Assembly (NCBI GenBank): GCA_964291285.2
Contig: OZ219789.1
Location: forward strand, 160,001-224,000
DNA from: Alphaproteobacteria bacterium
GTDB taxonomy: Bacteria > Pseudomonadota > Alphaproteobacteria > Bin95
DNA length: 64,000 nt
Reading direction: 5' to 3'
In this document: piece after piece, positions 1-9,130 of the stretch
How positions within the stretch are numbered: position 1 is the stretch's first letter
Layout: each line of letters opens with the position of its first letter
Notes under the pieces: generated by a model
Seen by the model: the letters and a program-made list of their open reading frames with translations, nothing else
Databases searched by the model: none
What the model was told of the DNA's origin: nothing
Position numbers and translations under genes: made by a program

Positions 1-357
1 CGCCGGCGGGATATTGGTCAGCACCACGATCTGCACACCGGCGCGGGCAAGCCGGGCGAGCCCTTCCGCAGCGCCCGGCACCGGCGGAATATCCTCGGCG
101 TGCGCGGCAAAGAACTCCTGCAGCAGAGCGAAGACCTGCGGCTGGTCCAGCACTGTGTCATCCGAAGCCCGGCGTACATTTCCGGTGAGGCGGAAGGACG
201 ACCAGTCGAAGGAATAGCCGCGAGCTTCGATATGTCCCACAAAGGTCTCGACGAAGCGGAACAGCACCTCGTCCGCATCTGAAATCAGCAGGGGGCGACC
301 GGGCTCGACGCCGGCCGCTTCCAGTTGCGCCAGCGTGGCGGCCGGCAGTGCGGTCAT
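1..357 (-). CDS. HAD-superfamily hydrolase-like protein (partial, runs off left edge)
   Basis: Manual translation from ATG 357: MTALPAATLAQLEAAGVEPGRPLLISDADEVLFRFVETF...QIVVLTNIPP. DxDxV motif I and LTN motif II; ATGA overlap with the upstream TPR gene stop. Not in the ORF track. Confidence 0.75.
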   Translation of the reverse strand, partial: MTALPAATLAQLEAAGVEPGRPLLISDADEVLFRFVETFVGHIEARGYSFDWSSFRLTGNVRRASDDTVLDQPQVFALLQEFFAAHAEDIPPVPGAAEGLARLARAGVQIVVLTNIPPA

Positions 358-902
358 GTCCGTTTGCCCTTCAGGCGTTCGCCGATCTGGTCCGCCAGAT
401 GGCGGACTCCGTCGAGATAGGGGTTGAGTTCGAGTGCGCGGTGCAGCCATGTCAGCGCGTCCTCTTCCCGGCCCAGCGCGACCAGGATCATGCCGAGGCC
501 CGACAGGGCGCCGTAATGACGCGGCTCCAGACTGAGCACATGCTGCACATCGGCCACGGACTCGCGGTGCCGGCCCATCATGTAGAGAACGGTGGCGCGC
601 TTGTTCCAGCCTTCCGCGAATCCGGGCGCATGCCTGACGATCTCATTGAAGCGTTCGAGCGCCCGTTCGAGCGCTCCGCGCTGCATGGCGATCACACCTT
701 GGGCCATCAGACGGTTCACTGCCCTGTCTTCGGAATGCAGCCAGAGCAGCCAGATGCGCTGGTCCACCTCTAAGGCTTCCTGCGGCGTCAACTCCTGCTG
801 AAGGCGATCGAACAGCGCCGGTAATTCGGGATCGTTCTGGTCGGCGGCGGCAATGCCGCCCGAGAGCGCCAGAAGAACCGCGAACGCCAGCGCGCGCAGC
901 AG
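354..902 (-). CDS. Exported tetratricopeptide-repeat protein
   Basis: Signal-peptide-like LLRALAFAVLLALSGGIAAA followed by TPR helices (AEGWNKRATVLYMMG, HYGALSGLGMIL). Start uncertain: CTG 902 or GTG 962 inside rpmJ. Confidence 0.8.
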   Translation of the reverse strand: MLRALAFAVLLALSGGIAAADQNDPELPALFDRLQQELTPQEALEVDQRIWLLWLHSEDRAVNRLMAQGVIAMQRGALERALERFNEIVRHAPGFAEGWNKRATVLYMMGRHRESVADVQHVLSLEPRHYGALSGLGMILVALGREEDALTWLHRALELNPYLDGVRHLADQIGERLKGKRT

Positions 903-903
903 T

Positions 904-1029
904 TTAGCCCTGCCGGGCCTTGAACCGGCGGTTGGTCTTGTTGATGACGTAGATGCGGCCACGGCGTCTCACGACCTGCGAGTCCTTGTGGCGCTTCTTC
1001 AACGTCTTCAGAGAGCGAACGACCTTCAT
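904..1029 (-). CDS. rpmJ: 50S ribosomal protein L36 (type B, lacks Zn-ribbon cysteines)
   Basis: Manual translation [41 protein letters not shown] (41 aa), the typical L36 signature; below the ORF-track size cutoff. Confidence 0.97.
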   Translation of the reverse strand: MKVVRSLKTLKKRHKDSQVVRRRGRIYVINKTNRRFKARQG

Positions 1030-1057
1030 CCTGTCCATCCCGGCCCGGAAGCCCCGG

Positions 1058-1087
1058 CTTCTACCTGCGCTCTCCGCTCGCTGTCAA
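1058..1087 (-). promoter_or_regulatory. Putative sigma70 promoter of rpmJ operon
   Basis: Minus strand TTGACA-N18-TAGAAG about 30 nt upstream of the rpmJ ATG. Confidence 0.55.
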
Positions 1088-1214
1088 CATGCAGGCCGCC
1101 GCAAGAAGGGCTCGCTCACCCCGAAACGGTCGTTGACCTTACCCTGCGAGGTGCCACAAGGCCCGAACGCGAACCGGCGGAATACTGGCCGCAGGCAATT
1201 GTTCCCGGGGGCTT

Positions 1215-2012
1215 TCAGGCTGACGGCCAGGCTTCGCCAAAATCCCCGAGCGAGAAGTCGGTGCCCGGATGCCGGTTCCGGCCGCGGACCAGTTCCACAG
1301 GCAAGTCTCCCCAGTCCGCCGCCGCATTCTCGATGCGCCGGTGGACGCAGCTCGTGGCCGGCATGTAGCGCATGGCGAACCCGGCCCGGCGTCGCCCGGA
1401 GCTGTTGGCGGCCGAGCCGTGGACGATGCCGATATCGTGGACCGACACCTGTCCCGGCTCCAGTTCGATGGTGTGCGCTGCGCTTTCGTCGAAATCCTGA
1501 AGCCCGATCTCCCGGTTCAGGGTCGAGTCCGGATCGTCCACAAGCTCGTGGCGGCGAAAGGGCTCACGGTGAGAGCCGGGAATGACACGCATCGCACCAT
1601 TGCCGGCATCGACCTCGTCGAGGGCCAGCCAAGCCGTGCAGGAGGCCATCGGCTCAATAGGCCAGAACGGCCCGTCCTGATGCCACGGAACGATGCGACT
1701 GCTCCGGGGCGTCTTGCAGAAGAGATGAGTGAACAGCAGCACGAGATCCGGTCCCATGACCGCCTCCGCCATGTCCAGGATGCGGCAGTCATGCGCGATG
1801 GCATGGAAGGCGCGGCTGCCGCGCAGCCGGTAGGGCCGGCCCCGGTCCAGATGCGGGTTGATGATCCGGTCCGGCTCGGCGTCCGGATTGTCGCGGAGCA
1901 CCTGCTCGACGGCCGATTGCAGGACCCTGAGTTCGTTTTCGTCGAGGCGAAATCCGGCCGGAACCACATAGCCATCGCGCCTGTAGGTTTCGACCTCCGC
2001 TTCGGTCAGCAT
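1215..2012 (-). CDS. Phytanoyl-CoA dioxygenase (PhyH) family Fe(II)/2OG oxygenase
   Basis: PWHQD and VHGSAAN..RR motifs; AAGGAGG SD before ATG 2012. Confidence 0.9.
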   Translation of the reverse strand: MLTEAEVETYRRDGYVVPAGFRLDENELRVLQSAVEQVLRDNPDAEPDRIINPHLDRGRPYRLRGSRAFHAIAHDCRILDMAEAVMGPDLVLLFTHLFCKTPRSSRIVPWHQDGPFWPIEPMASCTAWLALDEVDAGNGAMRVIPGSHREPFRRHELVDDPDSTLNREIGLQDFDESAAHTIELEPGQVSVHDIGIVHGSAANSSGRRRAGFAMRYMPATSCVHRRIENAAADWGDLPVELVRGRNRHPGTDFSLGDFGEAWPSA

Positions 2013-2060
2013 CAGCGCCTCCTTCCCCGCAAGCCTGTCCATTCCAAGCGCCCGCGACAG

Positions 2061-2088
2061 TTGCGGTCCGGGCGGCCCGCGCTATAAG
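2061..2088 (+). promoter_or_regulatory. Putative tRNA promoter
   Basis: TTGCGG-N16-TATAAG just upstream of tRNA-Gln. Confidence 0.5.
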
Positions 2089-2101
2089 TGCAGCGCTCCG
2101 G

Positions 2102-2176
2102 TGGGGCGTAGCCAAGCGGTCAAGGCAGCGGGTTTTGATCCCGCGATCCCTGGTTCGAATCCAGGCGCCCCAGCCA
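2102..2176 (+). tRNA. tRNA-Gln(UUG)
   Basis: TGGGGCG/CGCCCCA acceptor stem, anticodon arm GCGGG-TTTTGAT-CCCGC, T-loop GGTTCGAATCC, encoded CCA. Confidence 0.98.
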
Positions 2177-2199
2177 TCGCCGGGCCGGTCCCCTGCCGG

Positions 2200-3024
2200 T
2201 CAGAACGGACGGTCGCCCTGGATCGTTACCCGGTTGCCGGACCGCACATTGGGATAGTAGTCCCACATCGCCAGGTGCTGAACGCTGCGATTGTCCCAGA
2301 ACGCCACGGAATTCGGCCGCCAGCGGAACCGCGCCTGGAATTGCGACTTGGCATTGTGCCGGTAGAGAAATTCCAGAATCGCGTCCGACTCGTCGCGCGG
2401 CAGGTCTTTCAGCCGCATCGTGAACACGGGGTTCACGAAAATCGTCTTTCTGCCGGTCACCGGATGGGTACGGATGACGGGATGCTCGCTGCGCGGATAG
2501 AAATTCTTGTCTTCCCTGCCATCGCGCCGGCTGCGGTCGCGGTAGTTCCGTGTGCCGTCGTGGATGGCGGTCAGCCCGCCGAGGAACTCCTTCATCGGCT
2601 CCGACAGTGCGTCATAGGCCGCTGTCATGCTGGCGAAGAGTGTGTCGCCGCCTTCCTCCGGCACGGTGTGCAGATGCAGGATCGAGCCCATCGGCGGCTC
2701 GGGGTCGCAGGAGACGTCCGAATGCCAGGCCTCGCCGGCGATCTGGGTCGAATTGGCATCGGTGTGGATCCGAAGGATCTCCGGATGGCCGTCCGGGCCG
2801 GGACGGAAGGGGTGGATATGCAGCTCCCCGAACCGCCGGCCGAAGTCCTTGTGCTGGTCCAGCGTCATCTCCTGGTCGCGGAAGAAGATCACCTGGTGGC
2901 GCATCAGCGCGTCGTGGACTTCGGTGAATTGGTGGTTGCCCATCGGTTCGGCCAGATCGACGCCATGGATTTCGGCGCCGATGGTCGGCGTCAACGGGCG
3001 GACTTCGATGGTCTCGTAAGTCAT
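2200..3024 (-). CDS. TauD/TfdA family dioxygenase
   Basis: WHSD, HPVIRTHPVTGRK, FWDNRSVQH motifs; AGGAGG SD before ATG 3024. Confidence 0.95.
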   Translation of the reverse strand: MTYETIEVRPLTPTIGAEIHGVDLAEPMGNHQFTEVHDALMRHQVIFFRDQEMTLDQHKDFGRRFGELHIHPFRPGPDGHPEILRIHTDANSTQIAGEAWHSDVSCDPEPPMGSILHLHTVPEEGGDTLFASMTAAYDALSEPMKEFLGGLTAIHDGTRNYRDRSRRDGREDKNFYPRSEHPVIRTHPVTGRKTIFVNPVFTMRLKDLPRDESDAILEFLYRHNAKSQFQARFRWRPNSVAFWDNRSVQHLAMWDYYPNVRSGNRVTIQGDRPF

Positions 3025-3043
3025 GTCTGCCGGTCTCCTCCTG

Positions 3044-3994
3044 TCAGCTCGCCTTGTAGCCGATCGTGTCCAGCATGACCCTGATTGCGGCCGCGGACTC
3101 CTCGACAAGTTCCGATGCCTCCGCAGCCGTTTGGTACACAATCGGCATCAGGATCGCTTCCGAAATCTTGATCATGTCGGGGTCCGTGGACGCGACTTTC
3201 AGCGCAGCCTCCATCCTGGCGACGATGACCGGGTCGATCCCTTTCGGGAAGGAGACGACGGTCGGCGCGTCGATGGCAAGGCCCTCATAGCCTGCCTCGA
3301 TCAGGGTTTCGGTGTCGGGGTAGTTCCCTAGGCGCTTGGTCGAGGCGGCCGCGATGGTCTTGAACTTGCCCGGATAGCGCGCATGGATGCCGCCCGAATA
3401 GGCGAAATCGACTTGGCCGGACAGCACGAGTTGGACCATGCCGCGCCCACCCTTGGTCGGAATGTAGTCGACTTCGAGCCCCGACTGGCGCGCGATGGAC
3501 TGCATGATGATCTTCGCGCCGGGGCTGAGGGAGGCGTATTTGATCTTGCCCTTCTCCTTCGCATAGGCGACGAGGCCGGCCATGTCGTCGAAGGGTGCGT
3601 CTGCAGGCGCGACCATGCTGACCTGGAATTCGGTGAGGCCGCCGGCATAGACGAAGTCGTCGGCGGTGAACTGGAGCGCCGAGTTGATCTGCGGATTCAG
3701 GGTGATGCCCGACACGGCCCCGAAGAAGAACATGTCGCCGTTCGGTTCCTCGTTCTTGAAACCCTCGAGCGCTACCGCCTGCCCGCCGCCCGGGCGGTTA
3801 ATGACGTTCACCTGCTGTCCGAGTTCGCGCGTCAGGATTTTCGCGAGTACGCGCCCCTTGGTGTCGGTGCCGCCGCCGGCCTTGTAGCCGATCAGCATGG
3901 TGATCGGCCCGGTCGGCCAGTCCGTCGCCGATGCCGGCAGTGCTGCGCCGAGCGCGAACATCGCCGCGACAAATGCCTTCAGAAGCCCCTTCAT
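3044..3994 (-). CDS. tctC: Tripartite tricarboxylate transporter substrate-binding protein (Bug/TctC)
   Basis: Signal peptide, WPTGPITMLIGYKAGGGTD, VINRPGGG motifs; downstream of tctA/tctB. Confidence 0.9.
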   Translation of the reverse strand: MKGLLKAFVAAMFALGAALPASATDWPTGPITMLIGYKAGGGTDTKGRVLAKILTRELGQQVNVINRPGGGQAVALEGFKNEEPNGDMFFFGAVSGITLNPQINSALQFTADDFVYAGGLTEFQVSMVAPADAPFDDMAGLVAYAKEKGKIKYASLSPGAKIIMQSIARQSGLEVDYIPTKGGRGMVQLVLSGQVDFAYSGGIHARYPGKFKTIAAASTKRLGNYPDTETLIEAGYEGLAIDAPTVVSFPKGIDPVIVARMEAALKVASTDPDMIKISEAILMPIVYQTAAEASELVEESAAAIRVMLDTIGYKAS

Positions 3995-4047
3995 CTTTCC
4001 CCTCTCCATGAAAATACTGCGTTGGACGGGAACGAATCCCGTCCGGG

Positions 4048-5553
4048 CTAGTCGCCAACGATAGCTTCCCGTTGGCGGCGCTGCAACACGGTCAGCCGCC
4101 AGACACCGAACACGGCCAGTACACCGAAGGCAAGCGCCACGGGATGGTCGAGAAGTTCCGAGACGTCTGTGACGAGGCCGAGCGTCTGGCGCAGCGATAA
4201 TTCGAAGGACGGCCCGATGACGAAACCGATCAAGAAGGTGACGAAGGAGAAGTCGTATTTCTTGGCGAAGAATCCGATGACTCCGAACACGACCATGACA
4301 CCGATCCCGAAGGCGCCGCCGCCCTGGAGGTAGGCGCCGAGGCAGCAAAGGAACACGACCACCGGCATCACAAGCGCCGGCGAGATGCGCACGATCCTGG
4401 CAAAGACGTTCTGCCCGAAATATCCGATCAGCAGCAGGAACAGGCTCGCCGCGATCATCGACATGTAAACGCCGAGAATCAGGTCCCTGTTCTCCAGGAA
4501 GAGCAGCGGCCCGGGCGTGATGCCCTGGATCGTGAAGGCTCCGATCAGGATGGCGGCAATGACGCTGCCGGGGATGCCGATGGCGAAGAGCGGCACGAAG
4601 GAGGCGGGCACCACGGCATTGTCTGCGCTCTCGGCCGCGGCCACGCCTTCGATGGCTCCCGTCTCTTCAAAATCGGCGCCGCGGCCGGAGGCCCTGCGCT
4701 CGGCCCCGTAGGAGAGGAAGGAGCCGACGCTAGCGCCGAGGCCCGGCAGGATGCCGACCCCGGTGCCGATCAGGCAACCTCGAAGGATCGCGCGGGCGGA
4801 ACGGCGCCAATCGCCGAGGGTGACGATCCTGTCCTCACGCAAACCCGAGCCCCGCAGCAGGTCGGCCTCTTCCTGAAGCCGCTGGCGCTGGCCGATCTGG
4901 ATCATCATCTCCGAGAGCGCCAGCATGCCGATAGCGACCGGGATCAGCGGCAGGCCGTCATAGACCTCGATCAGGCCGAAAGTGAGGCGCGGCGACCCGG
5001 TCTCCACTTCAAGGCCGATGCAGGACACAAGGATACCGAACAGACCGGCGATCAGGCCCTTTATCATCGACCGCCCGGACAGGCCGGCGATGAAGACCAT
5101 CGAGAAGGCTAGAATTCCGGTGAGTTCCACCGGGCCTATGCCGAGCGCATATTCCGCCAGTTCCTGAGCGACGAGGATGAGCACGATCGTCGAGAACAGG
5201 TCGCCGATAACAGAGGCGAACAGGCCCATTTTCAGCGCCTTTTGCGCCTTGCCGGCGCGCGCGAGCGGATATCCTGCCATCGCCGTCGGCGTCGAGGACG
5301 GCTCGCCCGGCGTGTTCAGCAGGATCGCCGAAACAGCGCTGCCAGCAGTCGAGCCCTTGGCGATGCCGACGAGGAAAGCGATGGCCGCGAGCGGCGAGAG
5401 ATAGAAGGTGAGCGGGATTGCGACGGCTGTCGCCGTACCCTTGCCGAGGCCCGGCAACGCGCCCACCAGATAGCCGAGCGTGACCCCGAACAGGATCCAG
5501 GCGAGGTTGCCCGGTGCGAAGGCGGCCTCAAGAACAGGCAGGAAGGATTCCAA
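4048..5553 (-). CDS. tctA: Tripartite tricarboxylate transporter large permease TctA
   Basis: GALPGLG, AILLNTPGEP, VAAAESADNA, GIPGS motifs; multi-TM, 501 aa. Confidence 0.93.
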   Translation of the reverse strand: MESFLPVLEAAFAPGNLAWILFGVTLGYLVGALPGLGKGTATAVAIPLTFYLSPLAAIAFLVGIAKGSTAGSAVSAILLNTPGEPSSTPTAMAGYPLARAGKAQKALKMGLFASVIGDLFSTIVLILVAQELAEYALGIGPVELTGILAFSMVFIAGLSGRSMIKGLIAGLFGILVSCIGLEVETGSPRLTFGLIEVYDGLPLIPVAIGMLALSEMMIQIGQRQRLQEEADLLRGSGLREDRIVTLGDWRRSARAILRGCLIGTGVGILPGLGASVGSFLSYGAERRASGRGADFEETGAIEGVAAAESADNAVVPASFVPLFAIGIPGSVIAAILIGAFTIQGITPGPLLFLENRDLILGVYMSMIAASLFLLLIGYFGQNVFARIVRISPALVMPVVVFLCCLGAYLQGGGAFGIGVMVVFGVIGFFAKKYDFSFVTFLIGFVIGPSFELSLRQTLGLVTDVSELLDHPVALAFGVLAVFGVWRLTVLQRRQREAIVGD

Positions 5554-5568
5554 GGCGCGGCTCCGTTT

Positions 5569-6015
5569 TCAGCCTATCGCCGTGCCGAGCACACGATAGA
5601 AGAGGAACCAGGCCCCCACCAGAAGCACGGCGGGAATGCCGACGAGCAGCCAGATCCGCCGTTCGCCCATGTAGAGCATCGGCCCCACGATCAGCAGCAC
5701 GGCCGCCACGGCCGGCGACACCCAGACGAAGAGGGCGATGGCCGCGCCGACCGCAAGCATGACCGCGAGCATCGCCCACCATTCGGCGGCCGGCACGGCC
5801 ACGCCGGCCGCCACGCCCCGGCGCAGGCGGCCGGTCGCCTGCAGGGTCAGCAGGACGGCGAGGCCGGTAATCCCGACGGAGCAGATTTGCGGCAGCAGCG
5901 CCGGCGATATGGTGGCGTCGCCGCCTTCGGAGGTCTGGGTCGGGATCACCACGGCCAGCATGGCCAGGCCGAATACAAGCAGCACGATGCCGGCGATCAG
6001 GTCCGATTTCGGCAA
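5569..6015 (-). CDS. tctB: Tripartite tricarboxylate transporter small permease TctB
   Basis: 148-aa hydrophobic protein directly upstream of tctA. Confidence 0.8.
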   Translation of the reverse strand: MPKSDLIAGIVLLVFGLAMLAVVIPTQTSEGGDATISPALLPQICSVGITGLAVLLTLQATGRLRRGVAAGVAVPAAEWWAMLAVMLAVGAAIALFVWVSPAVAAVLLIVGPMLYMGERRIWLLVGIPAVLLVGAWFLFYRVLGTAIG

Positions 6016-6111
6016 CTGGCAGTCCCCCGAACTCCCCCGGTCCCCGCCCAGCAGGCGAGGTCCTTCAGGATAGCCGTCCCCGAACCCGCCTGTCGAGGCG
6101 GCGCTCCGTTC

Positions 6112-7302
6112 TCAGACGACACCCTTCCGGGCAAGCTTGGCAACCTCCTCCGGGGAGAGGCCGAGCGCGCCGTAAACCTCCTCGTTGGCCTCGCCGAGCG
6201 CGGGGCCGAGCCGCTCCACCCGGCCGGGCGTGCGCGAGAGCTTCGGCACGACGCCGGGCACCGCGATCTCGCCGGTATCCGCGTCGCTCACCCGCAGGAT
6301 CGCTTCCCGGGCCGCGAAGTGCGGGTCCGCAAAGATTTCATCCACGGCGTTGACCGGGCCGACCGGCACCTCCGCCGCGAGGCAGCGATCCATTGCCTCG
6401 TCGCGGTTCATCGCGCCGAGCCACTCCGCGACGGCGCTGTCCACGATGCCGCGTTCGGCCAGGCGGGCCGGGGCCTCGCCGTAGCGCTCCTGCAGGTCGG
6501 GCCGCTCCATGGCGCCGGTCAGCCGCTCGAACATCTTGTCGCTGGTGCAGGCAATGGCGATCCAGCGTCCGTCGCTGCATTCGAAATGCCCGTGCGGACA
6601 GGCATTGAGCGTGTTCGACCCCTCGCGGCCGCGTATCGTTCCCGCGGCGTCGTAAGCGGGCGCGAGTTCGTCCAGCACCCGGAACACCGGCTCGAAAAGC
6701 GCGAGGTCGATGACCTGGCCGAGGCCCGACCGCTCCCGTTCGCGGAGCGCCATCAGCACGCCCAGCGCCCCGTACATGCCCGTCATGTAATCGCCGAGCG
6801 AGGTCGAGCCGGGCGTCACCGGCGGGCCGCCCGGAAAGCCGGCGAGGTGGGTCAGCCCGCCGAAGGCATGCGCGATGCGCGCGAAACCCGGCCTCTGGCG
6901 GTAGGGCCCGGTCTGGCCGTACCCGGTGACCCGCAGCATCACCAGGCCCGGATTGGCGGCGGCCAGATCGTCGTAGCCGAGGCCCCAGCGTTCCATCGTG
7001 CCGGGGCGGAAGTTCTCGCACACGACATCGGCGTCCGCCGCCAGCCGGCGGAACAGCGCCGCCCCCTCCGGTGCGCGCAGGTTGAGGGTGATCGAACGCT
7101 TGTTGCGAGACTCGCTGAGCCAGGCGAGGGAGCTGTCGGCGCGCGCGCTCGGCGTGCCGTACCGCCGCCAAGGATCGCCTGCCGGCTGTTCTATCTTGAG
7201 AACCTCCGCGCCGAACTCGCCAAGGATGGTCGCCGCGTGGGGGCCTGCAATGAAAGTTGCCGCATCCAGAACCCGGATGCCGTTCATCGGCCGCTCGCCC
7301 AT
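6112..7302 (-). CDS. CaiB/BaiF class III CoA-transferase
   Basis: GIRVLD..IAGP, RNKRSITLNL, ENFRPG motifs. Confidence 0.93.
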   Translation of the reverse strand: MGERPMNGIRVLDAATFIAGPHAATILGEFGAEVLKIEQPAGDPWRRYGTPSARADSSLAWLSESRNKRSITLNLRAPEGAALFRRLAADADVVCENFRPGTMERWGLGYDDLAAANPGLVMLRVTGYGQTGPYRQRPGFARIAHAFGGLTHLAGFPGGPPVTPGSTSLGDYMTGMYGALGVLMALRERERSGLGQVIDLALFEPVFRVLDELAPAYDAAGTIRGREGSNTLNACPHGHFECSDGRWIAIACTSDKMFERLTGAMERPDLQERYGEAPARLAERGIVDSAVAEWLGAMNRDEAMDRCLAAEVPVGPVNAVDEIFADPHFAAREAILRVSDADTGEIAVPGVVPKLSRTPGRVERLGPALGEANEEVYGALGLSPEEVAKLARKGVV

Positions 7303-7372
7303 TCCCTCGCCCCCTCCGCTTCCGTCAGGCACGGCTTTATAGCAGCCCCGCGAGCGGATAGAGTGGCGCCCC

Positions 7373-9130
7373 ATGTTCACCACGAGGCCCGAAATACTCG
7401 GAACCTTCGGCGTCGCCGCCTCTACGCACTGGCTCGCGACAGCCACCGCAATGGCCGTGCTGGAGGAGGGCGGCAACGCTTTCGACGCGGCGGTGGCGGC
7501 CGGTTTCGCGCTGCAGGTGGTGGAGCCGCATCTGAACGGTCCCGGCGGCGACATGCCGGCGCTGGTCTGGAGCGCGGCCGAAGAGCGGCTGCGGGTCGTC
7601 TGCGGCCAGGGGCCGGCGCCCGCGGCGGCAAGCATCGACGCCTTTCATGCCCTCGGCCTCGACATCGTGCCGGGAACCGGCCTGCTTGCGACCTGCGTGC
7701 CGGGAGCCGTCGATGCCTGGCTGTCGATTGCGCGCGACTACGGGACGATGGGCCTTGCGCGGCTGCTGCGCCCGGCCATCGAATTCGCCGGCGGCGGCTA
7801 CCCGCTGGTCGGTCACGCGGTCGCTACCATCACCTCGGTGGAGGCGCTGTTCCGCGAGGAATGGCCGACCTCCGCCGCGGTCTATCTGCCGGGCGGGCGG
7901 CTGCCCGAGGCCGGCAGGCTCTTCCGCAACCCGGCGCTCGCCCGGACATGGACGCGGCTGATCGAGCAGGCCGAGGCCGCCGGCGGGTCGCGGGAGGACC
8001 GGATCGAGGCCGCGCGGCGCATCTTCCAGCAGGGCTTCATAGCGGAGGCGATCGCCGATTTCGCGGCCGGCAACGAAGTCATGGACAGCTCGGGCCGGCG
8101 TCATCGCGGCCTGCTCGCCGGCGACGACATGGCGAACTGGCGGGCGAGCTACGAGGAGCCGCTGACCTACGACTACGGGCGCTACCGGGTCGCCAAGGCG
8201 GGGCCCTGGTCGCAGGCGCCGGTATTCCTCCAGCAACTGGCGCTGCTCAAGGGGTTCGATCTCGCCGGCATGGACCCGCTCGGTGCCGATTTCGCCCATG
8301 CCGTCACCGAGTGCGCGAAGCTCGCCTTCGCCGACCGCGAAGCCTTCTACGGCGACCCGGCGCATGTCGATGTGCCGATGGAGCGCCTGCTGTCCGACGA
8401 ATACAACGACACCCGGCGCAAGCTTGTCGGCGCGGAAGCCAGCCGGGAGATTCGCCCGGGCGTGGTCGAAGGCTTCGCGTCGACGGTTCGGGTCGGCGAG
8501 CGGCGCGGCCCGGTGCTGGGCGCGGGCGAGCCCACCATGGCGCTGGCGGACGGCGACACCTGCCATCTCGACGTGATCGACCGTTGGGGCAACATGGTCT
8601 CGGCAACGCCCTCCGGCGGCTGGCTGCAAAGCTCGCCCGTCATCCCCTCGCTCGGCTTCTGCCTCGGCTCGCGCATGCAGATGTTCTGGCTGGAGGAGGG
8701 CCTGCCCGGCTCCCTCGCGCCGGGCAAGCGACCCCGCACCACGCTCAGCCCTTCCTTCGCCTTCCGCGACGGCGAGCCCTGGATGGCGTTCGGCACGCCC
8801 GGCGGCGACGGGCAGGACCAGTGGTCGCTGATCTTCTTCCTGCGCCATGTCCACCACGGCATGAACCTGCAGGCGGCGATCGACGCGCCCACCTTCCAGA
8901 GCCACCATTTCCCGTCTTCGTTCTATCCGCGCCAGGCCGATCCCGGTCGGCTGGCCGTGGAGGAGCGCCTGCCCGGGGAAACCGTCGCCGAACTGACCCG
9001 GCGCGGCCACGATGTTGAGGTCATTGGCCCCTGGAGCATCGGGCGGATCAGCGCGTGCGCCCGGGAGAACGGGCTGTTGAAGGCAGCAGCCAATCCCCGC
9101 CTCATGCAGGGCTACGCAGCCGGTCGGTGA
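7373..9130 (+). CDS. ggt: Gamma-glutamyltransferase family protein (YwrD-like)
   Basis: GGNAFDAAVA, DTCHLDVID nucleophile Thr, PGKRPRTTLSP, GTPGGD motifs. Confidence 0.92.
   Translation: MFTTRPEILGTFGVAASTHWLATATAMAVLEEGGNAFDAAVAAGFALQVVEPHLNGPGGDMPALVWSAAEERLRVVCGQGPAPAAASIDAFHALGLDIVPGTGLLATCVPGAVDAWLSIARDYGTMGLARLLRPAIEFAGGGYPLVGHAVATITSVEALFREEWPTSAAVYLPGGRLPEAGRLFRNPALARTWTRLIEQAEAAGGSREDRIEAARRIFQQGFIAEAIADFAAGNEVMDSSGRRHRGLLAGDDMANWRASYEEPLTYDYGRYRVAKAGPWSQAPVFLQQLALLKGFDLAGMDPLGADFAHAVTECAKLAFADREAFYGDPAHVDVPMERLLSDEYNDTRRKLVGAEASREIRPGVVEGFASTVRVGERRGPVLGAGEPTMALADGDTCHLDVIDRWGNMVSATPSGGWLQSSPVIPSLGFCLGSRMQMFWLEEGLPGSLAPGKRPRTTLSPSFAFRDGEPWMAFGTPGGDGQDQWSLIFFLRHVHHGMNLQAAIDAPTFQSHHFPSSFYPRQADPGRLAVEERLPGETVAELTRRGHDVEVIGPWSIGRISACARENGLLKAAANPRLMQGYAAGR

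Noticed and set aside
1119-1210. Rod-like pairing (CCCCG/CGGGG, CCTGCG/CGCAGG) as 6S or SRP RNA
   Set aside because: Too short and lacks the conserved motifs I would expect; pairing is plausible by chance at this GC. An Rfam scan would settle it.
5242-9018. Very long alternative-frame and antisense ORFs (e.g. 1258 aa here, 9112-11727, 36754-39432, 43935-45755)
   Set aside because: Shadow ORFs typical of high-GC DNA: Arg/Pro/Gly-rich, no motifs, overlapping well-supported genes.
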